64,000 nucleotides of DNA from Eledone cirrhosa (lineage: Eukaryota). Position numbers and translations under genes: made by a program. Location: assembly GCA_964016885.1 (NCBI GenBank), contig OZ024740.1:204352001-204416000 (forward strand), read 5' to 3'. The notes beneath the pieces are model-generated. The model was not told the origin of the DNA. It saw only the letters and a program-made list of their open reading frames with translations, and ran no database searches. This document shows positions 46,301 through 59,400 of this stretch, piece by piece. Within the stretch, counting starts at the first letter, position 1, and each line of letters opens with the position of its first letter.

Positions 46301-49300
46301 TGTTATTAAGGAGTTTGTTATAGACCCAGACGTGGCTGTGTTGTTAAGGAGTTCGTTATAGACGCAGACGGGGCTGTGTTATTAAGGAGTTTCTTATAGA
46401 CCCAGACGTGGCTGTGTTATTAAGGAGTTTGTTATAGCCCCAGATCGGCTGTGTTGTTAAGGAGTTCGTTATAGACACAGACGGGGCTGTGATATTAAGG
46501 TGTTTATTATAGACCCAGACGTGGCTGTGTTATTAAGGGGTTTCTTATAGACCCAGACGTGGCTGTGTTATTAAGGAGTTTATTATAGACCCAGACGTGG
46601 CGGTGTTGTTAAGGAGTTCGTTATAGACCCAGACGTGGCTGTGTTATTAAGGACTTTATTATAGACCCAGACGTAGCTGTGTTGTTAAGGAGTTCGATAT
46701 AGACCCAGACGTGGCTGTGTTATTAAGAAGTTTATTATACACCCAGACGTAACTGTATTGTTAAGGAGTTCGTTATAGACCCAGACGTGGCTATGTTATT
46801 AAGGAGTTCGTTATAGACCCAGACGCGGCTGCGTTATTAAGGAGTTTATTATCGAACCAGACGTGGCTGTGTTGTTAAGGAGTTCGTTATAGACACAGAC
46901 GGGGCTGTGTTATTAAGGAGTTTATTATAGACCCAGACGTGGCTGTGTTGTTAAGGAGTTCGTTATAGACACAGATGGGGCTGTATTATTAAGGAGTTTA
47001 TTATACACCCAGACGTGACTGTGTTGTTAAGGAGTTTATTATAGACCCAGACTATGGCTGTGTTATTAAGGAGTTTATTATAGACCCAGATGTGTCTGTG
47101 TTGTTAAGGTGTTCATTATAGACCCAAAACTGGCTGTGTTATTAAGGAGTTCGTTATAGACACAGATGGGGCTGTGTTGTTAAGGGGTTTATTATAGACC
47201 CAGACGTGGCTGTGTTATTAACGGGTTTCTTATAAACCCAGACGTGGCTGTGTTATTAAGGAGTTTATTATAGACCCAGACGTGGCGGTGTTGTTAAGGA
47301 GTTCGTTATAGACCCAGACGTGGCTATGTTATTAAGGAGTTTATTATAGACCCAGACGTGGCTGTGTTATTAAGGAGTTTGTTATAGACCCAGACGTGGC
47401 TGTGTTGTTAAGGAGTTCGTTATAGACGCAGACGGGGCTGTGTTGTTAAGGAGTTTCTTATAGACCCAGACGTAGCTGTGTTATTAAGGAGTTTGTTATA
47501 GCCCCAGATCGGCTGTGTTGTTAAGGAGTTCGTTATAGACACAGACGGGGCTGTGATATTAAGGTGTTTATTATAGACCCAGACGTGGCTGTGTTATTAA
47601 GGAGTTCGTTATAGACACAGACGGGGCTGTGTTATTAAGGAGTCTATTATAGACCCAGACGTGGCTGTGTTGTTAAGGAGTTCGTTATAGACACAGACGG
47701 GGCTGTGTTATTAAGGAGTTTATTATAGACCCAGACGTGGCTGTGTTATTAACGGGTTTCATATAGACCCAGACGTGGCTGTGTTATTAAGGAGTTTATG
47801 ATACACCCAGACGTGACTGTGTTGTTAAGGAGTTCGTTATAGACACAGACGTGGCTGTGTTATTAAGGAGTTTGTTATAGACCCAGACGTGGCTGTGTTG
47901 TTAAGGATTTCGTTATAGACGCAGACGGGGCTGTGTTGTTAAGGAGTTTATTATAGACCCAGACGTGGCTGTGTTATTAAGGAGTTCGTTATAGACCCAG
48001 ACGTGGCTGTGTTGTTAATGAGTTCGTTATAGACACAGACGGGGCTGTGATATCAAGGTGTTTATTATAGACCCAGACGTGGCTGTGTTATTAAGGGGTT
48101 TCTTATAGAGCCAGACGTGGCTGTGTTATTAAGGAGTTTATTATAGACCCAGACGTTTCGGTGTTGTTAAGGAGTTCGTTATAGACCCAGACGTGGCTGT
48201 GTTATTAAGGACTGTATTATAGACCCCAGACGTAGCTGTGTTGTTAAGGAGTTCGTTATAGACCCAGACGTGGCTGTGTTATTAAGGAGTTTGTTATAGA
48301 CCCAGACGTGGCTGTGTTGTTAAGGAGTTCGTTATAGACGCAGACGGGGCTGTGTTATTAAGGAGTTTCTTATAGACCCAGACGTGGCTGTGTTATTAAG
48401 AAGTTTGTTATAGCCCCAGATCGGCTGTGTTGTTAAGGAGTTCGTTATAGACACAGACGGGGCTGTGATATTAAGGTGTTTATTATAGACCCAGACGTGG
48501 CTGTGTTATTAAGGGGTTTCTTATAGACCCAGACGTGGCTGTGTTATTAAGTAGTTTATTATAGACCCAGACGTGGCGGTGTTGTTAAGTACTTCGTTAT
48601 ACACCCAGACGTGGCTGTGTTATTAAGGAGTTCGTTATAGACACAGATGGGGCTGTGTTGTTAAGGAGTTCATTATAGACCCAGACGTGGCTGTGTTGTT
48701 AAGGAGTTTCTTATAGACCCAGACGTGGCTGTGTTATAGACCCAGACGTGGCTATGTTATTAAGAAGTTTCTTATAGACCCAGACGTGGCTGTGTTGTTA
48801 AGGAGTTTGTTATAGACTCAGACGTGGCTGTGTTATTAAGGAGTTTGTTATAGCCCCAGATCGGCTGTGTTGTTAAGGAGTTCGTTATAGACACAGACGG
48901 GGCTGTGTTATTAAGGAGTTTATTATAGACCCAGACGTGGCTGTGTTATTAAGGGGTTTCTGATAGACCCAGACATGGCTGTGTTATTAAGGAGTTTATT
49001 ATAGACCCAGACGTTGCTGTGTTATTAAGGAGTTTATTATAGACCCAGACGTGGCGGTGTTGTTAAGGAGTTCGTTATAGACGCAGACGGGGCTGTGTTG
49101 TTAAGGAGTTTATTATAGACCCAGACGTGGCTGTGTTATTAAGGACTTTATTATAGACCCAGACGTAGCTGTGTTGTTAAGGAGTTCGTTATAGACCCAG
49201 ACGTGTCTGTGTTATTAAGGACTTTATTATAGACCCAGACGTAGCTGTGTTGTTAAGGAGTTCGTTATAGACCCAGACGTGGCTGTGTTATTAAGAAGTT

Positions 49301-52300
49301 TATTATACACCCAGACGTAACTGTGTTGTTAAGGAGTTCGTTATAGACCCAGACGTGGCTATGTTATTAAGGAGTTCGTTATAGACCCAGACGCGGCTGC
49401 GTTATTAAGGAGTTTATTATCGAACCAGACGTGGCTGTGTTGTTAAGGAGTTCGTTATAGACACAGACGGGGCTGTGTTATTAAGGAGTTTATTATAGAC
49501 CCAGACGTGGCTGTGTTGTTAAGGAGTTCGTTATAGACACAGATGGGGTTGTATTATTAAGGAGTTTATTATACACCCAGACGTGACTGTGTTGTTAAGG
49601 AGTTTATTATAGACCCAGACTATGGCTGTGTTATTAAGGAGTTTATTATAGACCCAGATGTGTGTCTGTGTTGTTAAGGTGTTCATTATAGACCCAAAAC
49701 TGGCTGTGTTATTAAGGAGTTCGTTATAGACACAGATGGGGCTGTGTTGTTAAGGAGTTTATTATAGACCCAGACGTGGCTGTGTTATTAACGGGTTTCT
49801 TATAGACCCAGACGTGGCTGTGTTATTAAGAAGTTTATTATAGACCCAGACGTGGCTGTGTTATTAAGGAGTTTGTTATAGCCCCAGATCGGCTGTGTTG
49901 TTAAGGAGTTCGTTATCGACACAGACGGTGCTGTGTTATTAAGGAGTTTATTATAGACCCAGACGTGGCTGTGTTATTAAGGGGTTTCTTATAGACCCAG
50001 ACGTGGCTGTGTTATTAAGGAGTTTATTATAGACCCAGACGTGGCGGTGTTGTAAAGGAGTTCGTTATAGACCCAGACGTGGCTGTGTTATTAAGGAGTT
50101 TATTATAGACCCAGACGTGGCTGTGTTATTAAGGAGTTTGTTATAGACCCAGACGTGGCTGTGTTGTTAAGGAGTTTGTTATAGACCATGACGTGGCTGT
50201 GTTGTTAAGGAGTTCGTTATAGACACAGAAGGGGCTGTGTTGTTAAGGAGTTCATTATAGACCCAGACGTGGCTGTGTTGTTAAGGAGTTTGTTATAGAC
50301 CCAGACGTGGCTGTGTTATAGACCCAGACGTGGCTATGTTATTAAGAAGTTTCTTATAGACCCAGACGTGGCTGTGTTGTTAAGGAGTTTGTTATAGACT
50401 CAGACGTGGCTGTGTTATTAAGGAGTTTGTTATAGCCCCAGATCGGCTGTGTTGTTAAGGAGTTCGTTATAGACACAGACGGGGCTGTGTTATTAAGGAG
50501 TTTATTATAGACCCAGACGTGGCTGTGTTATTAATGGTTTCTCATAGACCCAGGCGTGGCTGTGTTATTAAGGAGTTTATTATAGACCCAGACGTGGCTG
50601 CGTTGTTAAGGAGTTCGTTATAGACCCAGAGGTGGCTGTGTTATTAAGGAGTTTATTATAGACCCAGACATGGCTGTGTTGTTAAGGAGTTTGTTATAGA
50701 CCCAGACGTGGTTGTGTTGTTAAGGAGTTTGTTATAGACCCAGACGTGGCCGTGTTGTTAAGGCGTTTGTTATAGACACTGACGTGATTGTGTTGTTAAG
50801 GAGTTCGTTATCGACCCAGGCTTGGCTGTGTTATTAAGGAGTTTCTTATAGACCCAGAGGTGGCTGTGTTATTAAGGAGATTCTTATAGACCCAGACGTG
50901 GCTGTGTTATTAAGGAGTTAGTTATAGACCCAGACGTGGCTGTGTTGTTAAGGAGTTCGTTATAGACGCAGACGTGGCTGTGTTGCTAAGGAGTTCATTA
51001 TAGACTCAGACGTGGCTGTGTTATTAAGGAGTTTATTATAGACCCAGACGTGGCTGTGTTATTAACGGGTTTCTTATAGACCCAGACGTGGCTGTGTTAT
51101 TAAGGAGTTTATGATACACCCAGACGTGACTGTGTTGTTAAGGAGTTCGTTATAGACACAGACGTGGCTGTGTTATTAAGGAGTTTGTTATAGACCCAGA
51201 CGTGGCTGTGTTGTTAAGGAGTTCGTTATAGACGCAGACGGGGCTGTGTTGTTAAGGAGTTTATTATAGACCCAGACGTGGCTGTGTTATTAAGGGGTTT
51301 CTTATAGACCCAGACGTGGCTGTGTTATTAAGGAGTTTATTATAGACCCAGACGTTTCGGTGTTGTTAAGGAGTTCGTTATAGACCCAGACGTGGCTGTG
51401 TTATTAAGGACTGTATTATAGACCCCAGACGTAGCTGTGTTGTTAAGGAGTTCGTTATAGACCCAGACGTGGCTGTGTTATTAAGGAGTTTATTATAGAC
51501 CCAGACGTGGCTGTGTTATTATGGAGTTTGTTATAGACCCAGACGTGGCTGTGTTGTTAAGGAGTTCGTTATAGACGCAGACGGGGCTGTGTTATTAAGG
51601 AGTTTCTTATAGACCCAGACGTGGCTGTGTTATTAAGGAGTTTGTTATAGCCCCAGATCGGCTGTGTTGTTAAGGAGTTCGTTATAGACACAGACGGGGC
51701 TGTGATATTAAGGTGTTTATTATAGACCCAGACGTGGCTGTGTTATTAAGGGGTTTCTTATAGACCCAGACGTGGCTGTGTTATTAAGGAGTTTATTATA
51801 GACCCAGACGTGGCGGTGTTGTTAAGGAGTTCGTTATAGACCCAGACGTGGCTGTGTTATTAAGGACTTTATTATAGACCCAGACGTAGCTGTGTTGTTA
51901 AGTAGTTCGATATAGACCCAGACGTGGCTGTGTTATTAAGAAGTTTATTTTACACCCAGACGTAACTGTGTTGTTAAGGAGTTCGTTATAGACCCAGACG
52001 TGGCTATGTTATTAAGGAGTTCGTTATAGACCCAGACGCGGCTGCGTTATTAAGGAGTTTATTATCGAACCAGACGTGGCTGTGTTGTTAAGGAGTTCGT
52101 TATAGACACAGACGGGGCTGTGTTATTAAGGAGTTTATTATAGACCCAGACGTGGCTGTGTTGTTAAGGAGTTCGTTATAGACACAGATGGGGCTGTATT
52201 ATTAAGGAGTTTATTATACACCCAGACGTGACTGTGTTGTTAAGGAGTTTATTATAGACCCAGACTATGGCTGTGTTATTAAGGAGTTTATTATAGACCC

Positions 52301-53338
52301 AGATGTGTCTGTGTTGTTAAGGTGTTCATTATAGACCCAAAACTGGCTGTGTTATTAAGGAGTTCGTTATAGACACAGATGGGGCTGTCTTGTTAAGGGG
52401 TTTATTATAGACCCAGACGTGGCTGTGTTATTAACGGGTTTCTTATAAACCCAGACGTGGCTGTGTTATTAAGGAGTTTATTATAGACCCAGACGTGGCG
52501 GTGTTGTTAAGGAGTTCGTTATAGACCCAGACGTGGCTATGTTATTAAGGAGTTTATTATAGACCCAGACGTGGCTGTGTTATTAAGGAGTTTGTTATAG
52601 ACCCAGACGTGGCTGTGTTGTTAAGGAGTTCGTTATAGACGCAGACGGGGCTGTGTTATTAAGGAGTTTCTTATAGACCCAGACGTAGCTGTGTTATTAA
52701 GGAGTTTGTTATAGCCCCAGATCGGCTGTGTTGTTAAGGAGTTCGTTATAGACACAGACGGGGCTGTGATATTAAGGTGTTTATTATAGACCCAGACGTG
52801 GCTGTGTTATTAAGGGGTTTCTTATAGACCCAGACGTGGCTGTGTTATTAAGGAGTTTATTATAGACCCAGACGTGGCGGTGTTGTTAAGGAGTTCGTTA
52901 TAGACCCAGACGTGGCTGTGTTATTAAGGACTTTATTATAGACCCAGACGTAGCTGTGTTGTTAAGGAGTTCGTTATAGACCCAGACGTGGCTGTGTTAT
53001 TAAGAAGTTTATTATACACCCAGACGTAACTGTGTTGTTAAGGAGTTCGTTATAGACCCAGACGTGGCTATGTTATTAAGGAGTTCGTTATAGACCCAGA
53101 CGCGGCTGCGTTATTAAGGAGTTTATTATCGAACCAGACGTGGCTGTGTTGTTAAGGAGTTCGTTATAGACACAGACGGGGCTGTGTTATTAAGGAGTTT
53201 ATTATAGACCCAGACGTGGCTGTGTTGTTAAGGAGTTCGTTTTAGACACAGACGGGGCTGTGTTATTAAGGAGTTTATTATAGACCCAGACGTGGCTGTG
53301 TTGTTAAGGAGTTCGTTATAGACACAGATGGGGCTGTA

Positions 53339-53440
53339 CCCGCCGAGGTTAACTTTGCCTTTCATCCTTACGGGGTCGATAAAATGAAGTACCAGTAATA
53401 CACTGGGTAATTGCTGGCCTTGTGCCTAACGTAGAAACAA
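53339..53440 (+). mobile_element. Duplicate of the SINE insertion at 43277
   Basis: Same sequence and junctions, offset by 10,062 bp. Confidence 0.9.
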
Positions 53441-56400
53441 TTATTAAGGAGTTTATTATACACCCAAACGTGACTGTGTTGTTAAGTAGTTTATTATAGA
53501 CCCAGACTATGGCTGTGTTATAAACGAGTTTATTATAGACCCAGATGTCTCTGTGTTGTTAAGATGTTCATTATAGACCCAAAACTGGCTGTGTTATTAA
53601 GGAGTTCGTTATAGACACAGATGGGGCTGTGTTGTTAAGGAGTTCATTATAGACCCAGACGTGGCTGTGTTGTTAAGGAGTTTCTTATAGACCCAGACGT
53701 GGCTGTGTTATTAAGGAGTTTGTTATAGCCCCAGATCGGCTGTGTTGTTAAGGAGTTCGTTATAGACACAGACGGGGCTGTGTTATTAAGGAGTTTATTA
53801 TAGACCCAGACGTGGCTGTGTTATTAAGGGGTTTCTGATAGACCCAGACGTGGCTGTGTTATTAAGGAGTTTATTATAGACCCAGACGTTGCTGTGTTAT
53901 TAAGGAGTTTATTATAGACCCAGACGTGGCGGTGTTGTTAAGGAGTTCGTTATAGACGCAGACGGGGCTGTGTTGTTAAGGAGTTTATTATAGACCCAGA
54001 CGTGGCTGTGTTATTAAGGACTTTATTATAGACCCAGACGTAGCTGTGTTGTTAAGGAGTTCGTTATAGACCCAGACGTGTCTGTGTTATTAAGGACTTT
54101 ATTATAGACCCAGACGTAGCTGTGTTGTTAAGGAGTTCGTTATAGACCCAGTCGTGGCTGTGTTATTAAGAAGTTTATTATACACCCAGACGTAACTGTG
54201 TTGTTAAGGAGTTCGTTATAGACCCAGACGTGGCTATGTTATTAAGGAGTTCGTTATAGACCCAGACGCGGCTGCGTTATTAAGGAGTTTATTATCGAAC
54301 CAGACGTGGCTGTGTTGTTAAGGAGTTCGTTATAGACACAGACGGGGCTGTGTTATTAAGGAGTTTATTATAGACCCAGACGTGGCTGTGTTGTTAAGGA
54401 GTTCGTTATAGACACAGATGGGGCTGTATTATTAAGGAGATTATTATACACCCAGACGTGACTGTGTTGTTAAGGAGTTTATTATAGACCCAGACTATGG
54501 CTGTGTTATTAAGGAGTTTATTATAGACCCAGATGTGTCTGTGTTGTTAAGGTGTTCATTATAGACCCAAAACTGGCTGTGTTATTAAGGAGTTCGTTAT
54601 AGACACAGATGGGGCTGTGTTGTTAAGGAGTTTATTATAGACCCAGACGTGGCTGTGTTATTAACGGGTTTCTTATAGACCCAGACGTGGCTGTGTTATT
54701 AAGGAGTTTATTATAGACCCAGACGTGGCGGTGTTGTTAAGGAGTTCGTTATAGACCCAGACGTGGCTGTGTTATTAAGGAGTTTATTATAGACCCAGAC
54801 GTGGCTGTGTTATTAAGGAGTTTGTTATAGACCCAGACGTGGCTGTGTTGTTAAGGAGTTCGTTATAGACGCAGACGGGGCTGTGTTATTAAGGAGTTTC
54901 TTATAGACCCAGACGTAGCTGTGTTATTAAGGAGTTTGTTATAGCCTCAGATCGGCTGTGTTGTTAAGGAGTTCGTTATAGACACAGACGGGGCTGTGAT
55001 ATTAAGGTGTTTATTATAGACCCAGACGTGGCTGTTATTAAGGGGTTTCTTATAGACCCAGACGTGGCTGTGTTATTAAGGAGTTTATTATAGACCCAGA
55101 CGTGGCGGTGTTGTTAAGGAGTTCGTTATAGACCCAGACGTGGCTGTGTTATTAAGGACTTTATTATAGACCCAGACGTAACTGTGTTGTTAAGGAGTTC
55201 GTTAAAGACCCAGACGTGGCTATGTTATTAAGGAGTTCGTTATAGACCCAGACGCGGCTGCGTTATTAAGGAGTTTATTATCGAACCAGACGTGGCTGTG
55301 TTGTTAAGGAGTTCGTTATAGACACAGACGGGGCTGTGTTATTAAGGAGTCTATTATAGACCCAGACGTGGCTGTGTTGTTAAGGAGTTCGTTATAGACA
55401 CAGACGGGGCTGTGTTATTAAGGAGTTTATTATAGACCCAGACGTGGCTGTGTTGTTAAGGAGTTCGTTATAGACACAGATGGGGCTGTATTATTAAGGA
55501 GTTTATTATACACCCAGACGTGACTGTGTTGCTAAGGAGTTCGTTATAGACACAGACGTGGCTGTGTTATTAAGGAGTTTGTTATAGACCCAGACGTGGC
55601 TGTGTTGTTAAGGAGTTCGTTATAGACGCAAACGGGGCTGTGTTGTTAAGGAGTTTATTATAGACCCAGACGTGGCTGTGTTATTAAGGAGTTCGTTATA
55701 GACACAGACGGGGCTGTGTTATTAAGGAGTCTATTATAGACCCAGACGTGGCTGTGTTGTTAAGGAGTTCGTTATAGACACAGACGGGGCTGTGTTATTA
55801 AGGAGTTTATTATAGACCCAGACGTGGCTGTGTTATTAACGGGTTTCTTATAGACCCAGACGTGGCTGTGTTATTAAGGAGTTTATGATACACCCAGACG
55901 TGACTGTGTTGTTAAAGAGTTCGTTATAGACACAGACGTGGCTGTGTTATTAAGGAGTTTGTTATAGACCCAGACGTGGCTGTGTTGTTAAGGAGTTCGT
56001 TATAGACGCAGACGGGGCTGTGTTGTTAAGGAGTTTATTATAGACCCAGACGTGGCTGTGTTATTAAGGAGTTCGTTATAGACCCAGACGTGGCTGTGTT
56101 GTTAATGAGTTCGTTATAGACACAGACGGAGCTGTGATATCAAGGTGTTTATTATAGACCCAGACGTGGCTGTGTTATTAAGGGGTTTCTTATAGAGCCA
56201 GACGTGGCTGTGTTATTAAGGAGTTTATTATAGACCCAAACGTTTCGGTGTTGTTAAGGAGTTCGTTATAGACCCAGACGTGGCTGTGTTATTAAGGACT
56301 GTATTATAGACCCCAGACGTAGCTGTGTTGTTAAGGAGTTCGTTATAGACCCAGACGTGGCTGTGTTATTAAGGAGTTTGTTATAGACCCAGACGTGGCT

Positions 56401-59400
56401 GTGTTGTTAAGGAGTTCGTTATAGACGCAGACGGGGCTGTGTTATTAAGGAGTTTCTTATAGACCCAGACGTGGCTGTGTTATTAAGGAGTTTGTTATAG
56501 CCCCAGATCGGCTGTGTTGTTAAGGAGTTCGTTATAGACACAGACGGGGCTGTGATATTAAGGTGTTTATTATAGACCCAGACGTGGCTGTGTTATTAAG
56601 GGGTTTCTTATAGACCCAGACGTGGCTGTGTTATTAAGGAGTTTATTATAGACCCAGACGTGGCGGTGTTGTTAAGGAGTTCGTTATAGACCCAGACGTG
56701 GCTGTGTTATTAAGGACTTTATTATAGACCCAGACGTAGCTGTGTTGTTAAGGAGTTCGATATAGACCCAGACGTGGCTGTGTTATTAAGAAGTTTATTA
56801 TACACCCAGACGTAACTGTATTGTTAAGGAGTTCGTTATAGACCCAGACGTGGCTATGTTATTAAGGAGTTCGTTATAGACCCAGACGCGGCTGCGTTAT
56901 TAAGGAGTTTATTATCGAACCAGACGTGGCTGTGTTGTTAAGGAGTTCGTTATAGACACAGACGGGGCTGTGTTATTAAGGAGTTTATTATAGACCCAGA
57001 CGTGGCTGTGTTGTTAAGGAGTTCGTTATAGACACAGATGGGGCTGTATTATTAAGGAGTTTATTATACACCCAGACGTGACTGTGTTGTTAAGGAGTTT
57101 ATTATAGACCCAGACTATGGCTGTGTTATTAAGGAGTTTATTATAGACCCAGATGTGTCTGTGTTGTTAAGGTGTTCATTATAGACCCAAAACTGGCTGT
57201 GTTATTAAGGAGTTCGTTATAGACACAGATGGGGCTGTGTTGTTAAGGGGTTTATTATAGACCCAGACGTGGCTGTGTTATTAACGGGTTTCTTATAAAC
57301 CCAGACGTGGCTGTGTTATTAAGGAGTTTATTATAGACCCAGACGTGGCGGTGTTGTTAAGGAGTTCGTTATAGACCCAGACGTGGCTATGTTATTAAGG
57401 AGTTTATTATAGACCCAGACGTGGCTGTGTTATTAAGGAGTTTGTTATAGACCCAGACGTGGCTGTGTTGTTAAGGAGTTCGTTATAGACGCAGACGGGG
57501 CTGTGTTGTTAAGGAGTTTCTTATAGACCCAGACGTAGCTGTGTTATTAAGGAGTTTGTTATAGCCCCAGATCGGCTGTGTTGTTAAGGAGTTCGTTATA
57601 GACACAGACGGGGCTGTGATATTAAGGTGTTTATTATAGACCCAGACGTGGCTGTGTTATTAAGGAGTTCGTTATAGACACAGACGGGGCTGTGTTATTA
57701 AGGAGTCTATTATAGACCCAGACGTGGCTGTGTTGTTAAGGAGTTCGTTATAGACACAGACGGGGCTGTGTTATTAAGGAGTTTATTATAGACCCAGACG
57801 TGGCTGTGTTATTAACGGGTTTCATATAGACCCAGACGTGGCTGTGTTATTAAGGAGTTTATGATACACCCAGACGTGACTGTGTTGTTAAGGAGTTCGT
57901 TATAGACACAGACGTGGCTGTGTTATTAAGGAGTTTGTTATAGACCCAGACGTGGCTGTGTTGTTAAGGAGTTCGTTATAGACGCAGACGGGGCTGTGTT
58001 GTTAAGGAGTTTATTATAGACCCAGACGTGGCTGTGTTATTAAGGAGTTCGTTATAGACCCAGACGTGGCTGTGTTGTTAATGAGTTCGTTATAGACACA
58101 GACGGGGCTGTGATATCAAGGTGTTTATTATAGACCCAGACGTGGCTGTGTTATTAAGGGGTTTCTTATAGAGCCAGACGTGGCTGTGTTATTAAGGAGT
58201 TTATTATAGACCCAGACGTTTCGGTGTTGTTAAGGAGTTCGTTATAGACCCAGACGTGGCTGTGTTATTAAGGACTGTATTATAGACCCCAGACGTAGCT
58301 GTGTTGTTAAGGAGTTCGTTATAGACCCAGACGTGGCTGTGTTATTAAGGAGTTTGTTATAGACCCAGACGTGGCTGTGTTGTTAAGGAGTTCGTTATAG
58401 ACGCAGACGGGGCTGTGTTATTAAGGAGTTTCTTATAGACCCAGACGTGGCTGTGTTATTAAGAAGTTTGTTATAGCCCCAGATCGGCTGTGTTGTTAAG
58501 GAGTTCGTTATAGACACAGACGGGGCTGTGATATTAAGGTGTTTATTATAGACCCAGACGTGGCTGTGTTATTAAGGGGTTTCTTATAGACCCAGACGTG
58601 GCTGTGTTATTAAGGAGTTTATTATAGACCCAGACGTGGCGGTGTTGTTAAGTACTTCGTTATACACCCAGACGTGGCTGTGTTATTAAGGAGTTCGTTA
58701 TAGACACAGATGGGGCTGTGTTGTTAAGGAGTTCATTATAGACCCAGACGTGGCTGTGTTGTTAAGGAGTTTCTTATAGACCCAGACGTGGCTGTGTTAT
58801 AGACCCAGACGTGGCTATGTTATTAAGAAGTTTCTTATAGACCCAGACGTGGCTGTGTTGTTAAGGAGTTTGTTATAGACTCAGACGTGGCTGTGTTATT
58901 AAGGAGTTTGTTATAGCCCCAGATCGGCTGTGTTGTTAAGGAGTTCGTTATAGACACAGACGGGGCTGTGTTATTAAGGAGTTTATTATAGACCCAGACG
59001 TGGCTGTGTTATTAAGGGGTTTCTGATAGACCCAGACATGGCTGTGTTATTAAGGAGTTTATTATAGACCCAGACGTTGCTGTGTTATTAAGGAGTTTAT
59101 TATAGACCCAGACGTGGCGGTGTTGTTAAGGAGTTCGTTATAGACGCAGACGGGGCTGTGTTGTTAAGGAGTTTATTATAGACCCAGACGTGGCTGTGTT
59201 ATTAAGGACTTTATTATAGACCCAGACGTAGCTGTGTTGTTAAGGAGTTCGTTATAGACCCAGACGTGTCTGTGTTATTAAGGACTTTATTATAGACCCA
59301 GACGTAGCTGTGTTGTTAAGGAGTTCGTTATAGACCCAGACGTGGCTGTGTTATTAAGAAGTTTATTATACACCCAGACGTAACTGTGTTGTTAAGGAGT

